From the NCBI GenBank assembly GCA_964016885.1, contig OZ024751.1, positions 44,392,001-44,456,000 on the forward strand: 64,000 nt of DNA, given 5' to 3'. Under the pieces are notes generated by a model that saw nothing but the letters and a program-made list of their open reading frames with translations, ran no database searches and had not been told where the DNA came from. The position numbers and the translations under genes were made by a program. This DNA comes from Eledone cirrhosa (lineage: Eukaryota). Below, piece after piece: positions 14,158 to 30,334 of the stretch; positions within the stretch are counted from its first letter, which is position 1, and every line of letters starts with the position of its first letter.

Positions 14158-14813
14158 TAGAAAAGGGAAGTAACGTTCTATACAAAACAGTGGATATAGA
14201 GAAAAGGTGAAGTTGGAAATAGCACGGAAAATATATTTAAGAGTCTGTTTTTCTTTTTTGATTCATCAAAGTGACATTATTGAAAATATAACCTGAAAAA
14301 AATGAGAGGAGCAATTCTTTAAAAAAATAAGTTTTATAATGTATATAAAGTATAGACAAATATACATACATACATGCATACATATATACACACATGTCTA
14401 TGTGTTTGCTTACACATATAGTTATAGTCCTTCAGATTGTAACTGTTCAACCCAGACCCCAGACATCTCGAAATAGCTATTCCCACTCAAGGGTCTTACT
14501 AGAGTTTGTTTTTAAGGAGCAACTCCTATCCTATAGTAGTGAGTAAAGATCTGGCACGGGAACAAAGACTGCGAGAACCCATCATTACTACATGTTCAAC
14601 AAGAAACCGATTGGAAAGCTGGCCCGTATTTCAACAGTTTACGATTTTCAGCTTGTCGGGCCACGCAGCCTGGGCTTGCCACTGCGGAAAGGGAAGATCG
14701 TGATGCCACCGTCTTCTTGCCGTCTCCTCTCTCTATCATTCCTTGTAAGATATATTCTGAGTTATGGGAGCAAGAGTAGAAGAATAAATCACTCAACTAA
14801 AAAAATTAAGCCG

Positions 14814-14980
14814 ACCTGCCAACCTCTAAAAAACCCATGAAAAAAAAATAGCCCTAAAGCAGAGAGAAATGAGGCAAAATGGGGAGATTTTACGTAATGA
14901 AAGCTATACACAAGAGAATATATCTCTCAACCACCCCAAAGTGAGTGGGTGATCTCTCCGTCGTATGAGGAGATTTGACA
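14814..14980. mobile_element. Degenerate MITE-like repeat (second copy at 59961-60148)
   Basis: Both copies begin cctgc(c)aacctct, end gaggaga(t/g)ttgaca (imperfect TIR) and align internally. Confidence 0.55.
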
Positions 14981-15164
14981 GATCTGATTAAAGAAAGTGC
15001 TTAGTAACAATTATTATATAATAAACAAGCCATTAAGACTCATGAAAAGTCTTCTTATTAAATTATTGAGGTTTGGTGAAATCTAATCTGAGGTTCTGCA
15101 TAATAGAACATATTTTAAATATTCACATAATGTAGATTATACACATGCACGCATCAACCAATGC

Positions 15165-15260
<96 letters not shown>

Positions 15261-15269
15261 CATATATAT

Positions 15270-15784
15270 AAATGGAAAACATGAAACGAAATTTCATTTC
15301 TCACTCTTAGTACGGCTGTTACTTAAATATAAGTATGTATATATACGTACATACATATATGTATACAGACGTACAGTAGTATGTATATATATACATGCAC
15401 ACATATATATATATGTACGTATGGATTTATCGACCATTTATTATAATGCTCGGTTTGTTTGTAAACAAACATCCCGAATTAAGCCGTACAGTGTTTAGCA
15501 ACCATCGTTGCCCTTTTGTTCAACACTGACAAAGGAACGATGTACTAGTTTCAAGCTTATTAGCTATCGTCAGCACCGTATATCAGTGTTGAACAAAAGG
15601 GCAACGCTAGTTGCTAAACACTGTACGGCTTAACTCGGGATGTTTGTTTACAAACAAACCGAGCATTATAATAAATGGTCGTTAAATCCATACGTACATA
15701 TATATATATGTGTGCGTGTATGTATATATATATACATACTACTGTACGTCTGTATACATATATGTATGTACGTATATATACACA

Positions 15785-15791
<7 letters not shown>
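15270..15791. mobile_element. Fold-back pLTR-like element; arms 15327-15529 / 15583-15791
   Basis: ~200-bp inverted arms with few mismatches, between (TA)n tracts. The loop contains a hammerhead. Confidence 0.75.
15537..15579 (-). ncRNA. Minimal type I hammerhead ribozyme motif
   Basis: acggtg-CTGACGA-tagct aata agctt-GAAA-ctag-TA-catcgt. 6-bp stem I, CTAG palindrome and GUA site. Confidence 0.8.
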
Positions 15792-15864
<73 letters not shown>

Positions 15865-16455
15865 AATGGTGGAGGTGGTATTAATATATGAAAATTATGG
15901 ACAAATTCACCAATTCGACTTGCATGAATTATCGCACGGCTCTTGATCCATTTTATGGTAATGTATGGTATTCTTAAACTTACCATCTAGCCCGAATGGA
16001 CTATTTGTGACAGAATGTATATAGTTATGGATCTGTAACTCCTGATGGAGTCGTGATATATGGCGTGTCTATTGTTTTTGAAACCTGGCGAAGGCGCTCT
16101 GCTCTCTATGTCTGAAGACAGACGATTTCCAGAGAGAGAGAAAGAAAGAAAAAAAAGAGAGTGAGAGAGAGGGAGATGGAGGGAGGGAAGTGAGAACGAT
16201 ATATTGAAGAAGAATTGATCCCAGTGTCTAAATGGTACTATTTTATTGACCGTAAATGATGTAATACTACCGGACACCAGATGGTGATAAATCAGGTGAG
16301 AATTTAAGTCTGACACCACAGAATTTACAAGATGGTCATGGCTGGACTCATTTGATTATAGTTCTGATTGATCAGGTTTGATCTAGTGTTCAGCAATCGA
16401 CCACAGTTCTAATTATAAGCACACCTATGCAAACGCCCAGCAGTATACATTCTGT

Positions 16456-16641
16456 TGGTGGATTGGCAGTATCGGTAGAGGGTCGGACGCCATGCTTTGC
16501 AGCACAGTTACGTCCCTTTATGGTCTGAGTTCAAATCCCGCCGAGGTTAACTTTGCCTTTCATCCTTGCGGGGTCGATAAAATAAAGTACCAGTAATACA
16601 CTGGGATAATTGCTGGCCTTGTGCCAAAAGTAGAAACAGTT
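16456..16641 (+). mobile_element. tRNA-derived SINE (short subfamily, near full length)
   Basis: High similarity to 6543-6740 and 1684-1872. Confidence 0.85.
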
Positions 16642-16914
16642 ATATATATATTTATATATTAAATGTATATATTGAGTTAGGAACTCAAAATAGTCTCTTA
16701 CAACAAAATAGCTCTAAGAAAGAGATATTTCTGAGCCGGTTTGTATTTATTTTCTTAATTTTTTCTTAAATTGAGACAAGCGAACCCAATTGTCTACAGT
16801 TAGTATTATTTTCACCTTAGCGAATCGGGTCCCTTACGATTTGAACACATATATCTATATATCTGTGTTCGCTTTTCTTTTATACTCTATTATATTTATA
16901 TATATATATTTTGT

Positions 16915-17265
16915 TATGTAACTCTTGATGGAGTCGTAGAGACGCAGTAATGACATACGGCGATGTTTGGGCATTTAAAGCTTAACGGAGTCTATCCCCC
17001 TCCAGGACTGCTTACAGGAGAGTTCTTCCAGAGAAGGAGAGAAAGTGAGAGAGGGAGAGAGGGAGAGAGAGAGAGGAACTGTGAGAAAGAGACATATAGA
17101 GGAAGAGTGAACCCCCAGTGGAAGTCTGGGACATTGTATATCGACCTGGAAAGGATGGCAGACAAAGTTGACCTTGGCGAAATCTGAACTCAGAGAACAG
17201 GAAGCCAGAACCAACAGCGCAAAGCATTCTACCTGACGTACTAACGACTCCGCCAATTTACAGCC
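16915..17265 (-). mobile_element. tRNA-derived SINE, long-tail subfamily
   Basis: Reverse core (aaagttgaccttggcgaaatctgaactcaga) plus a tail shared with 16030-16260. Confidence 0.55.
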
Positions 17266-17368
17266 TTTAATCCTACATACACTTAAACAGTTAACAGGTG
17301 TATATATGCATTTACATACACAAAGACATACATAAACATACACACACAAGAAAAACCATGTACTGCCT

Positions 17369-17399
<31 letters not shown>

Positions 17400-17406
17400 C
17401 CTCTCA

Positions 17407-17441
<35 letters not shown>

Positions 17442-17509
17442 ACATGCATAAGCATTAGGAACTAATAAGGAAATAAATAAAAATGATCAAACAAGAGCAG
17501 TCGTATTAT

Positions 17510-19220
<1,711 letters not shown>

Positions 19221-19506
19221 TGGTGGTAGATTAATTATATATACATACACCAGGCTGGTGCTTTGGTCTGTGTGAAAACTATGTCAGTCACTGACCGAGA
19301 CACACCGATGCAGGGATAGGGGCAGGGGCAGGGATAGGGGCGGGAGATGAGAGGGGTGTGAAGGCATGGGAGGTGGGGGTACGTCAGACAGACAGGCAGT
19401 CAGCCATACAGCTAGACTGACAGGCAAGGCCTTCAGGGAGTATTTTGAAGCTGACAAATAGACAGAGAGAGATTAAGAGAAGGTAGGAGGTTTGAATGTC
19501 TGACAA

Positions 19507-19548
<42 letters not shown>

Positions 19549-19625
19549 ACAGACAGAAAGAGGATGATAGAGAGAGAATTAGAGAGAGAGAGATATAAAG
19601 AAAATGAGTTAAAGAGAGAAGTGTG

Positions 19626-19689
<64 letters not shown>

Positions 19690-19874
19690 TAAGAATGAAG
19701 CAGCGAGAGAAAGAGAGAGAGAGAGAGAGAGCGCAAGAGAGTGAGGTAGAGAGGGAGAAATGTAAAGAGAGAGAGAGAGAGAGGGGGAGAAAGGACTATA
19801 AGAGAAACTGAGAATGTAAGAGATGGAAAGTGAGAGCGAGACAAGAAAAAGAGAGGAATATAATGTGATAAAGG

Positions 19875-19910
<36 letters not shown>

Positions 19911-19911
19911 T

Positions 19912-20570
19912 ATTTCTTTTATTTGCCACTAGGGCATCAAAAGTGGGACAAGTACAAAGGGGGGAGTTTACACAAAAAGGCGTCCTCAATAAGGAGGAGG
20001 CAATAACAAAATATAAAAATAAAATAAGATATAACAAAAAATAAAATTTTTAACAAAATCCTCAATAGAGAGGAGGCGCCTTGGGGGGTCGCACACACCC
20101 CCGAAAAAAGTGTGCAACCCTTCTCCTCAGGAGCACAGAGAAGGGGTGCTCCCTTGGTCTTTCATCTTCCTCACCTATAGTCTGATGTAGAGTGAAGGCC
20201 CATTCACACGGGCCATTCTCGCCACTTTCACCCATCTTTCATAGAAACGGCTGGGGTGCAGCACCTCTCTCTCCATCCTGATCCTTCTTCCGAAATGATA
20301 TCGGAAGAAACGGACCAGTTGTTGGCCAGAGAGAAAGGTGCCCGACCTCAGTCCTTTCAGACGCGTCCACCATACAACCTCTTTCGCCATGGCTATTACG
20401 CACAGAAACACCGCCTCTGCTTCATCTTTGAAGGGGGGAGGCGGCTTGATCATTACAATAGACTCGGTGGTCAACCGGATCGGTCCCACCCTTGACAGCA
20501 GTTGTTCGACATAGCCCCACAGATCGGCTACGCCCGAGCAGTGTACTAATGCGTGTGCAACGGTTTCCTC
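19912..20570 (-). mobile_element. L1/Tx1-like LINE 3' fragment with (TATC)n tail
   Basis: ORF2 C-terminus ETVAHALVHC...RWVKVARMARVNGPSL. 3' end gtggcaaataaaagaaat plus (ATCT)n. Confidence 0.85.
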
Positions 20571-20578
20571 ATAGATAG

Positions 20579-22879
20579 ATTTCTTTATTAGCCACAAGGA
20601 CGCACAAGAAAAGGGGACAAACATGACATGCCGGGGATTTTACATACAATCGTGTAAAAAATATAAAACAAACAATTATAACAATTGAAAATCCCCAATA
20701 GGGGGAATGCGCCACAAATGGGTTGTTTAATACCCCGTCGATAGAACAGCCCTCAACTTCAGGAGCGTGTTGTGCAAGTACTCCTTTCTTCCTTTTACTC
20801 TCTTCTTCAACCTACAGGTTTATATACAGAGAAGGCCCAATCACTCGGGCCATTTTTGTCACATTCACCCACTTTCAGTAAAGTTACTGGGGTGCAGTGC
20901 CTCTCTCTCCATTCTAATTCTCCTTCTAATGTGGTATCTAAAGAAGGGAATGAGTTGTCCGGAGAGAAAGGCATCTGTCCTCAGTCCTCCATATAACCTC
21001 TTTCACCATAGCCACTATACAGAGGAAAACCGCCTCTCTTTCGTTTTGAAAGAAGTTGGCGGTTTGATCCTTACCATGGACTCAGCAGTCAACTGGATTT
21101 GTCCCACACGCGACAGCAGTTGTTCCGCGTAGTTCCACAGGTCGGTTACGCCCGGGCAGTGTACAATTGCGTGCAGGACGGTTTCAATGTCTTGCGCGCA
21201 TCTTGGACACGTCCTCTTGGAAGGATCCCTGCCGGGGCGTCCGTGCCTGTAGATCTTGTCACGAACTGGTAGAGCTCCTCGGTAGCATTGCCAGGCTAGG
21301 GACCTCTGGAAGTTGTCCATAGGTCACGGGCGGAAAGTCCTACCAAACAGACTGGTGAGCTCATCGTCTTCGACGCCCAGAGTCTCTCCGAGCACGTCGT
21401 CGCCCTTGTAACGTAAATCCCTCTATAGAATGTCGAAGTGGAGTCTCCACTGATTGCTGTGCCCGCTTGCCAGAGGACTGTGAGCGCCTGAGCGCATTCA
21501 ATGTGCCAGGCGCCCATCGTTTTCGGTCTTTTCTTGACCCAGGACTGCAGCTCCGCCAGCGAGACGATCTGCGGGAAAGCTTGTCTCACAAACGGTGCCC
21601 ACACCGGTTGGGGGTCGGTGAGGAATACCTGGAGATGCTGCAGCCTCAGTGCATGTTTGCGCATCATCAGCCACGGCATTCCCAGCCCTCCGTTGGAAGG
21701 GTGCTGACAGCAGATGGATCTCCTCACCAGCAGAGCCTGCTTCTTCCACAGAAACTGGAAGAGCATGCGTTCTATCTTGGCGAGGTGTTGACGGGGACAA
21801 GGCACGACAGTCAAGCGGTAGTAGATGACGGACGCTATGAAAGTGTTCGCCATCCCCGCTCGACCTTTCAAGGACAGTTTGCACTCTGCCCACTTCTGGG
21901 TGAGTGCAAACACCTTGGCCGTGACCTCATTCCAATTATTCTCCACCTGCAGGTCTGGACCGAACCAGACCCCGAGCAATTTCACCGGTCCGTCCGACAG
22001 CGTCCAACGACGCTGTCGGACGTCATCGGTTTGCCTCTCCACGTACCGAGTTGCAAACCCACAGACTTGTCCGGGTTTAGTTTTGCTCCGTCAGCGTTTC
22101 GTATTCTTTCAGTAAGTTGCCGATTACCCCGATTTCCGAGGTGCTCGACACCATTACCGTCACGTCGTCGGCATAAGCCGACGCCGCTTTGCGCAGTCCC
22201 GGTTCTAGAGGTATGCCCTGCAACAGCTTCAATTTCCGCAGTAGTGGCTCTAGAGTCAATACATACAGAATGGAGGAGAGAGGGCACCTCTGTCGAATGG
22301 AACGCGTGATTGCGAACGGCTCCGATAGGTAGCCATTCACCTTGACCCTCGAGCAGATGCTGGTGTGCATCGCCTCGATCCAGCCTCTGAAAACGGGACC
22401 GAAACCGGCCGCCTTGAGAACCGCTTCCAAGTATCGATGGTCGACCCTATCGAATGCCTTAGACTGATCCAAATTGATCAGAGCCCCACCGAAGCCGGAT
22501 TTACTACCCACCCTCTCTATGATGTATCGCATGAGGTGGAGGTTGTCGTGTATGGACCTGGTCGGGATTGCATACGTTTGCGCTTTCCCTACCAGGTTCT
22601 CGACGACAAGCGCCAACCTCGTCGCTAGCACCTTGGCCAAAATCTTTAACTCTGTGTTGAGTAGAGTTATGGGCCTGGAGTTGTTAATTTTGTCCCCCTT
22701 GTTCTCGTCTTTCCTGATCAGCGATACTATGCCCTTGCCTGCGGAACTGGGAACCCTCCTGTTCTGCTGCCAATTGCAGTAGACGGCTTCGAGGACGCCA
22801 GAGAACAAATCCGGCATGCCTATGTAAAACTCATAGGGTAGACCATTTAGTGGCTGTGATCGGTCTTTCGCAGAACTCG
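20579..22879 (-). mobile_element. 5'-truncated, frameshifted L1/Tx1-like LINE (RT + CCHC)
   Basis: RPITLLNTELKILAKVLA, LDQSKAFDRVDH, CPLS, AYADD and CPRCAQDIETVLHAIVHC. Several frameshifts and an internal deletion near 22845. Flanked by (ATAG)n on both sides. Confidence 0.9.
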
Positions 22880-22916
22880 ATAGATAGATATCTTAGATAG
22901 AGAGATAAATAGATAC

Positions 22917-22955
<39 letters not shown>

Positions 22956-22956
22956 C

Positions 22957-22995
<39 letters not shown>

Positions 22996-23003
22996 TCTTA
23001 GAT

Positions 23004-23059
<56 letters not shown>

Positions 23060-23079
23060 GTTGGTGTTAACGAGTGAAT

Positions 23080-23215
23080 ACAGAAAGACATAATGGTGAG
23101 GAGGCTCGCTTAGTAATCATTAGGCCCCGGGTTTGGATCCACTGAATTGCATCTTGAGCAAGTCTCTTCACCATAGTCCCGGGCTGACCCATTGCTTGTG
23201 AGTGAAATTCGTATT
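23080..23215 (+). mobile_element. Degenerate tRNA-derived SINE (different family)
   Basis: gggtttggatccactg...cttgagcaagtctcttcaccatagtcccgggctgaccc. SINE-like head and core. Confidence 0.4.
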
Positions 23216-23263
23216 TTTCGGCTGCCGGCGTACTTCGTAATATATATATATATATATACACAC

Positions 23264-23339
<76 letters not shown>

Positions 23340-23486
23340 CGTAGTTAAGATGGCCACAACAATGCAGAGGGAAATCTCGAGGTAGGAAGTGAATGATAGA
23401 TAGGAGAAACAGGAGAAAGTGAAAATTGAGAGAGACAAAGATGAAAACAAAACAAAGGTAGAAGGGTTACCGTAGTGGAGATTTAA

Positions 23487-23522
23487 TCCCAATATTTCGG
23501 GCTCACGCCCATCAACGGGGGA
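23487..23522 (-). ncRNA. Decayed minimal hammerhead motif
   Basis: tccc-CCGTTGA-t-gggc gtga gccc-GAAA-ta-TT-ggga. Stems intact, core mutated. Confidence 0.5.
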
Positions 23523-24207
23523 AAGTTCCAAAAGGGGGGAAACAGGCCAAGCGGAGAAAGTTGTGATGTCGTTAAGACAGGAATGCCGTTATGGGGAGAA
23601 AATTATTTAAAATTTAAACGACGGAAAGAATGCGCGTGCGCGTGATAGGCTGTGGCAAAAGCTACTGACCAAATGGGTTAAATCAAGAGGGTGCGTTAGC
23701 GTGTGAAAGCCGTAAGATATGTGTGTGTAAATGTGTGTGTATAAGTGTAAGTGTGTATAAGTGTGAGTGTGTGTGTGTGAGAGATAGTGGGCTGTAGAAG
23801 CTGGAAATCAAAGGGTGTGAAAGGTGGTAGGTTGTAAAACATGTGTGCGTGTATAAATATAGATGTGTGTGTGTAAGCGTATGGGTATAAATGTGTGTGT
23901 AACTGTGTGTGTATATGTGTGAGTGCGTGTGTGTGTGAAAGATAGTGGGCTGTAGAAGCTGGAAATCAAAGGGTGTGAAAGGTGGTAGGTTGTAAGAACA
24001 TGTGTGCGTGTATGCGTATGGGTATGCATATACGTGCGTGTGTGTGAAGATAGCAGGCCGTATACACCTTGAAGGTGGTCAGCCAAACTGACAACAATTG
24101 GCCCTTTTGATCGCCTTCGAGTCAAACACATCTTTCTCTGTTTTTTTATATCCTTATAGCCTCTTGGATTGTGTTTACCATTATTCCTTTATTATACAAC
24201 TATTATG

Positions 24208-24277
24208 CAATAAACACCTGATGATGTCACCAGGATCTTACGGAACCTCGCCACTGAAATGTACATAGTGTTTGTTG
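24208..24277 (+). ncRNA. Type I hammerhead ribozyme motif
   Basis: caataaacac-CTGATGA-(imperfect stem II)-GAAA-tgtaca-TA-gtgtttgttg. 10-bp stem I, with AATAAA immediately after. Confidence 0.75.
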
Positions 24278-24484
24278 AAATAAATCTTTGAAGGAATTTC
24301 ACCAGTCCAGCCTGCTGTCATTTTACTCAATAATAATTAACACCGTTCCAACAAGATTCGACATCAAAGATGAATGAGTTGCATAACGTCGAGTGCTTTT
24401 TCTAATATTACATCATACGGAATGACCAGTTCTATCCAGTTGTGAACCACCAAACTTAAATGTATATATATATATATATATATA

Positions 24485-24920
24485 TGGGATAACAAGTTAT
24501 CGTTTTAGGTAATCCAGTTAGAGGTTGTGAGTACTCTGTATTATGGATAGTTTTAACGTAAGGCGTTGTTTGACTCAACAAGAGGTTTCCTCGGTTAGGT
24601 AGCGAGTTTGCGAGAATTCACATGTCATTCTTGGAGTAATAGTAGTGAAAGAATGAAGAATAACATGGTCGGCTGTACAAAAATGGTTTTATTTACAGTA
24701 TTAACAATTGTTTCATTGATCAGGTGAGTCTAAAGACCGCTAATCACTCGAAATTGCGTCACTCGCCGATGATTTGATCAGAAACACACACTGTAAATAA
24801 GGTCGAGTGACGCAATTTCGAGTGATTAGCGGTCTTTAGACTCACCTGATCAATGAAACACTTGTTAATACTGTAAATAAAACCCTTTTTGTACAGCCAA
24901 CCATGTTATTCTTTACTCTT

Positions 24921-24926
<6 letters not shown>
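24485..24926. mobile_element. Fold-back pLTR-like element; arms 24643-24765 / 24804-24926, containing a 5'-truncated hammerhead with extended stem II
   Basis: The plus copy starts CCGATGA-t-ttgatcag...ctgatcaa-t-GAAA-cacttg-TT (the minus arm has palindromic caattg). Between (TA)n tracts. Confidence 0.7.
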
Positions 24927-24974
<48 letters not shown>

Positions 24975-24978
<4 letters not shown>

Positions 24979-25347
24979 CAAAGATTAATATGGTTCGTTA
25001 ATTATTCAACGAATACAATTTTACAATAGATTAGAAGCACTCGACAAAAAATTTTCCTGGAGTATTTAATATTATTCAAAATATTAATAAATGAAAAATA
25101 TTCTCATAATCAAAATATATATTTTATTATATATATTTCAAAGGTACAATGGTGTTTAAGTACGTTTTCATCAGATAAAATATAAGATTTGATATGTGAC
25201 ATACCGCTACGGTTGTGATTATTCAATCTTATATTTTATCTGATAAAAACGTACTTAAACACCATTGTACCTTTGAAATATATATAATAACATATATATT
25301 TTGATTATGAGAATATTTTTCATTTATTAATATTTTGAATAATATTA
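24975..25347. mobile_element. Fold-back pLTR-like element (family D); arms 25067-25189 / 25225-25347, with a hammerhead in each arm
   Basis: Minus arm 25120-25182: tattttat-CTGATGA-...-GAAA-tatata-TA-ataaaata (intact). Plus arm 25232-25294 has CTGATAA and a stem I mismatch. Homologous to 8767-8827. Confidence 0.8.
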
Positions 25348-25359
25348 TATATATATATA

Positions 25360-26097
<738 letters not shown>

Positions 26098-26589
26098 CAC
26101 ATATATATATATTAATAATACAACACGAAGGCTAGATTTGAAATCTTGCTTTCGTGTGTATTACTCTAAATCCCCATTACATACACACACACACACACAT
26201 ACACAGACACAGACACACACACACACGCACACAAACACAAACACACACATATATGCTCACATTTGATATTTATTAAGTATATTTCATAACTCCTTATTAG
26301 TTCTTTATGTTTGGCTTGAAGCAACAACATTCCTAAATCTATAAGTCTATTAACGTTTCAAGACGCTCACAGCTCTTTCTTTAGAATAAGAATTGTAGCA
26401 TTTGTTGCTTATTATTCACGAGCTGATCGTCTTAATGGTCTCTAAAATAATGCTATCTTGACATTTAAAATCCATCATAACACCAACATAAATTCAGTCA
26501 AGAATGCCACCCCATTCTTAGACATAAACGGGGGAATTAAGCATAACAGATACAGCACTATTTTATTTTACACTGAAAATAAATACGAA

Positions 26590-26870
26590 ATTGCGGCGAA
26601 TCGGCAAATTCGTTAAACCGTCGGATAGAATGCTTTGCGGTATTTGTTTCGGCTTTCTGTTCTCTGAGTTCAATTCTCGGTGAGGTCAACTTTGCCTTTC
26701 ATCCAATCGAGGTTGACAAAAAGAAGTACCAGTCTAGTACTAGGATCGATTCTTCTTCTATATCCCTTTCTCATTTTCCTTCCCTCACTCACTCTATCCT
26801 TCTCTGGAAGAAATCTGCAGTACTCAGACAAAGAGAAGGATGGACTCCATTGGGTTTTAAAAAAGACCAG
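26590..26870 (+). mobile_element. tRNA-derived SINE, long-tail subfamily
   Basis: Head, core (aactttgcctttcatcc) and ctctggaagaaatctgcagtactcagac tail. Confidence 0.65.
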
Positions 26871-27490
26871 GAGCCATACAAGTATGCAAACGTAAATATA
26901 TGTTATTATGAAGCTCATAAAACAATATATATTTACCAATCCTAAACACAAGCTGAAAGAATAAATTATAAAAGCAAACATTAATGAAAAGCCTTGAAGC
27001 CCCAAAGTAGCAAACCTCAGAATGTTCATCAGATGGCTAACAAAAAGTTGTAAGCTTTATGACTCAAGCTGTTACATCGAACACACATGCACGGCACTTT
27101 CTCATCGCTTAATCATACACTTTAATCATCGATTTAATTGACTTTCCTCTTTATTTTTAAGGGCCTTGTGTCAAAAGTAGAGGCTATTATTGATACATTA
27201 ATTGAGTCGGTTTAATACTGGTATAATTCTTGGCAAACCTGGAAGTTGAAAATTCAAACTAGACCTCTTCGAAATATGAACACATAACTCAAACAAATAT
27301 ATATCTACACACCACAACGTCATTCTCTGATACCTTCAAGATTCTATGAATAAATAAATAAGTAAATAAAAAAAATAAAAAAAATACAGACTACCTTTTC
27401 TATCGAATCATTCGTGCGTACTTAGTATGTTGTAGGATTGGGTCATGAACGATGCACTGAAAACACAAGACTACTGTCAAGGTGATAGTG

Positions 27491-27560
<70 letters not shown>

Positions 27561-28808
27561 ATATATATATGTGTGTATATATATATATATATATTGAAGA
27601 GTGCATTATATTAAGAATGAATTCCCCAGATGTGGCGTCTGGTTTGTCAGACGTTGTTTTGTAATATTTTTCCGTTACTTAAAAAAAAATGATAATATTA
27701 ATAAAATAATAAAAAAAAAATAATAAAATAAAATTCAACATATACAGAAATAACAAAATAAATAAATAAATAAATAAAAAAAACTTCAACCTCATCTCCA
27801 GAAGTTAAGAAACCGCACCAAAACAAAATGTTGAACTAATTGACATTAACAAGTTTTTGTAGATTTAACTATTTTATTTAAACATTTTTTAATGTTCTTT
27901 TTTCTTCTTCAAAGGAACGGCAAAATGGTGTTAAGTTCGTAAAAATTCTCTGTGGAATTCTTAGCAATAGAAACCTTTGTAAAATACAAAGAAGAACGAA
28001 AGTGAAAAAAAAAAAAAAAAAGTCAAATGAAAAAAGAAAAAGAACCCATCAAAAGAAAACAAAAGCTGTAAACATCTAAGCTAGAAGATGTCTCCAATCA
28101 AAGTGATACACTAAAACGGATATAGAATCTTGAAGGGAAACTGGTATTTTTTTGCGTTATTCAACACACATATCACAAATATTTTCACCATATATTCTTC
28201 CGTCTTCCGTCTTCCTCATAGTGTAAGACAAACCTAGCACCGCCGTGTTTCTAATTTTTTTTAATTCATATTATCATTATTATTATTTTTTGAGGCGGTA
28301 AAATAAAAACACTGTGAATTTCATTTTAACAGATGAAAAAAAAAAAAATTCTTTTGTTCTTTGTGACTCGGGAGTGGTATTCCCCACACTGGATTCCATG
28401 GAAAAAAACTGGAGTTCTGCGAGATACAGTGTATTTTAGTAAACTTGAATAAACATTTATTTTATTATCTCAGTATTTATATGAATAATTTTTCTTTCTA
28501 AAATAATCTTTATTTAACTGTTTCACAAATCCTGTAAAATGCTGTAGAAATATATAAGGAGTAAAGTATGATAAATGAAACAAAACAAAGTAATTTTTTC
28601 ACCCAATATATTTCAGGGCTATAACCCTCTTTTCTTCCTAGGGAAAAATATATCGATAAAGAAAGTGACAGCTCAGTGCATTAAAAGTACGATGGTAAAT
28701 CTCCTCTGTAGTGTTGCCAAGAACGTCAAACGGATGTTCCATGAGGCTACCAGAGAGGAAACTCGGAATGGGCGTTATCTAAGAGCGACAGAAAGGTGAA
28801 AATAGGAA

Positions 28809-28990
28809 TGTTTGTGTAAAGGTATGGTTTTCACAACCCTTAAGACCTTAACATCACACTATTGCATGAGTCAAATCTATTACTGGACAGCAATATATCT
28901 AGATATTGCTGTCCAGTAATAGATTTGACTCATGCAATAGTGTTATGTTAAGGTCTTAAGGGTTGTGAAGATCATACTTTACACAAACAT
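28809..28990. repeat. ~90-bp-arm palindrome (fold-back duplication) abutting a SINE
   Basis: atgtttgtgtaaa...gacagcaatat|atctag|atattgctgtc...tttacacaaacat. Confidence 0.85.
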
Positions 28991-29120
28991 CTGAGTTCAA
29001 ATGATCTGAGTTCAAATCCCGCCGAGGTTAACTTTGCCTTTCATCATTACGGGGTCGATAAAATAAAGTACCAGTAATACACTGGGATAATTGCTGGCCT
29101 TGTGCCAAAAGTAGAAACAA
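28991..29120 (+). mobile_element. 5'-truncated tRNA-derived SINE
   Basis: Starts at a duplicated ctgagttcaaat, followed by the family core and 3' end. Confidence 0.85.
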
Positions 29121-29188
29121 ATATTATCTAGATATATTTTGTCAAGAATCTCTAATACGATTTTCCAAACATCGTGGACGTGCTACTG

Positions 29189-29222
<34 letters not shown>

Positions 29223-29670
29223 CACAGATGGTAGTCAGTCAGGCAATTTAGTTGTGTCCCACTACGCAATCTGCTGTGTGACGTCACAGGTAGTTTGCAT
29301 CTGATGCAAAACTTACATCCACTGTGTCATCAAACACCACCCACCACTACCACCACACCTACCACCACTCGTACTATAGCAGTAACAGTGATCTCATACC
29401 GCACCCCACCCACATACACTAATTCCATTATAGTGACAAAATTCACGAGGATCTTCTGCTAACGACATATATATGTATATATACTCATATATGTGTGTGT
29501 GTATATATACATATGTGTGTGTATGTGTGTGTATATATATATGTATATATATATATATAAGTATATATGTAAATTTATATGTATATATATATACATATAT
29601 ATATATGTATATATATGTATATGTATATATATATATAGATATGTGTATATATATATATATATGTATATAC

Positions 29671-29764
<94 letters not shown>

Positions 29765-29997
29765 GTGAGGTTTTTTTTACAAAATGAAAAATAACCGAGG
29801 TCTCCTACACGAGTGAAAGTATAAAGAAAAAGAGATGAAATCGAAAATGCAACTGGAGTCTTATTTTTTTTTTTTTTTTTTTTTTTTAAATATATATATT
29901 TATTTGGTTCCTTTACCGGTTTCGCAGTTCTTCTGCTTTTCAAAAGGTGAGTTGAGATGGAGGGTCTGTGGTTTTTTCTCACATCTGGTTGATATAA

Positions 29998-30035
<38 letters not shown>

Positions 30036-30197
30036 AGGATATCCGTAGATAAAAGGTCAAGGAAAACAATGCTCAATCTAGTACAAAAAACCTTGTTTAG
30101 TTTATATTAAAATCCATAAATTTAACATGTATGGGCCATGTGGCCATAACTGGACCACAAAACGTTAGGTGGCGCATACATGATATGTGTATGAATT

Positions 30198-30281
<84 letters not shown>

Positions 30282-30334
30282 ACTGGCCGAAACCTATCAA
30301 AGTTATCACAGTTATATATATATGTATATATAAT

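Noticed and set aside
26670-27029. Hydrophobic 119-aa ORF (possible NUMT or membrane-protein exon)
   Set aside because: No recognisable motif. Hydrophobicity is expected from a T-rich strand, and its 3' half is an antisense SINE.
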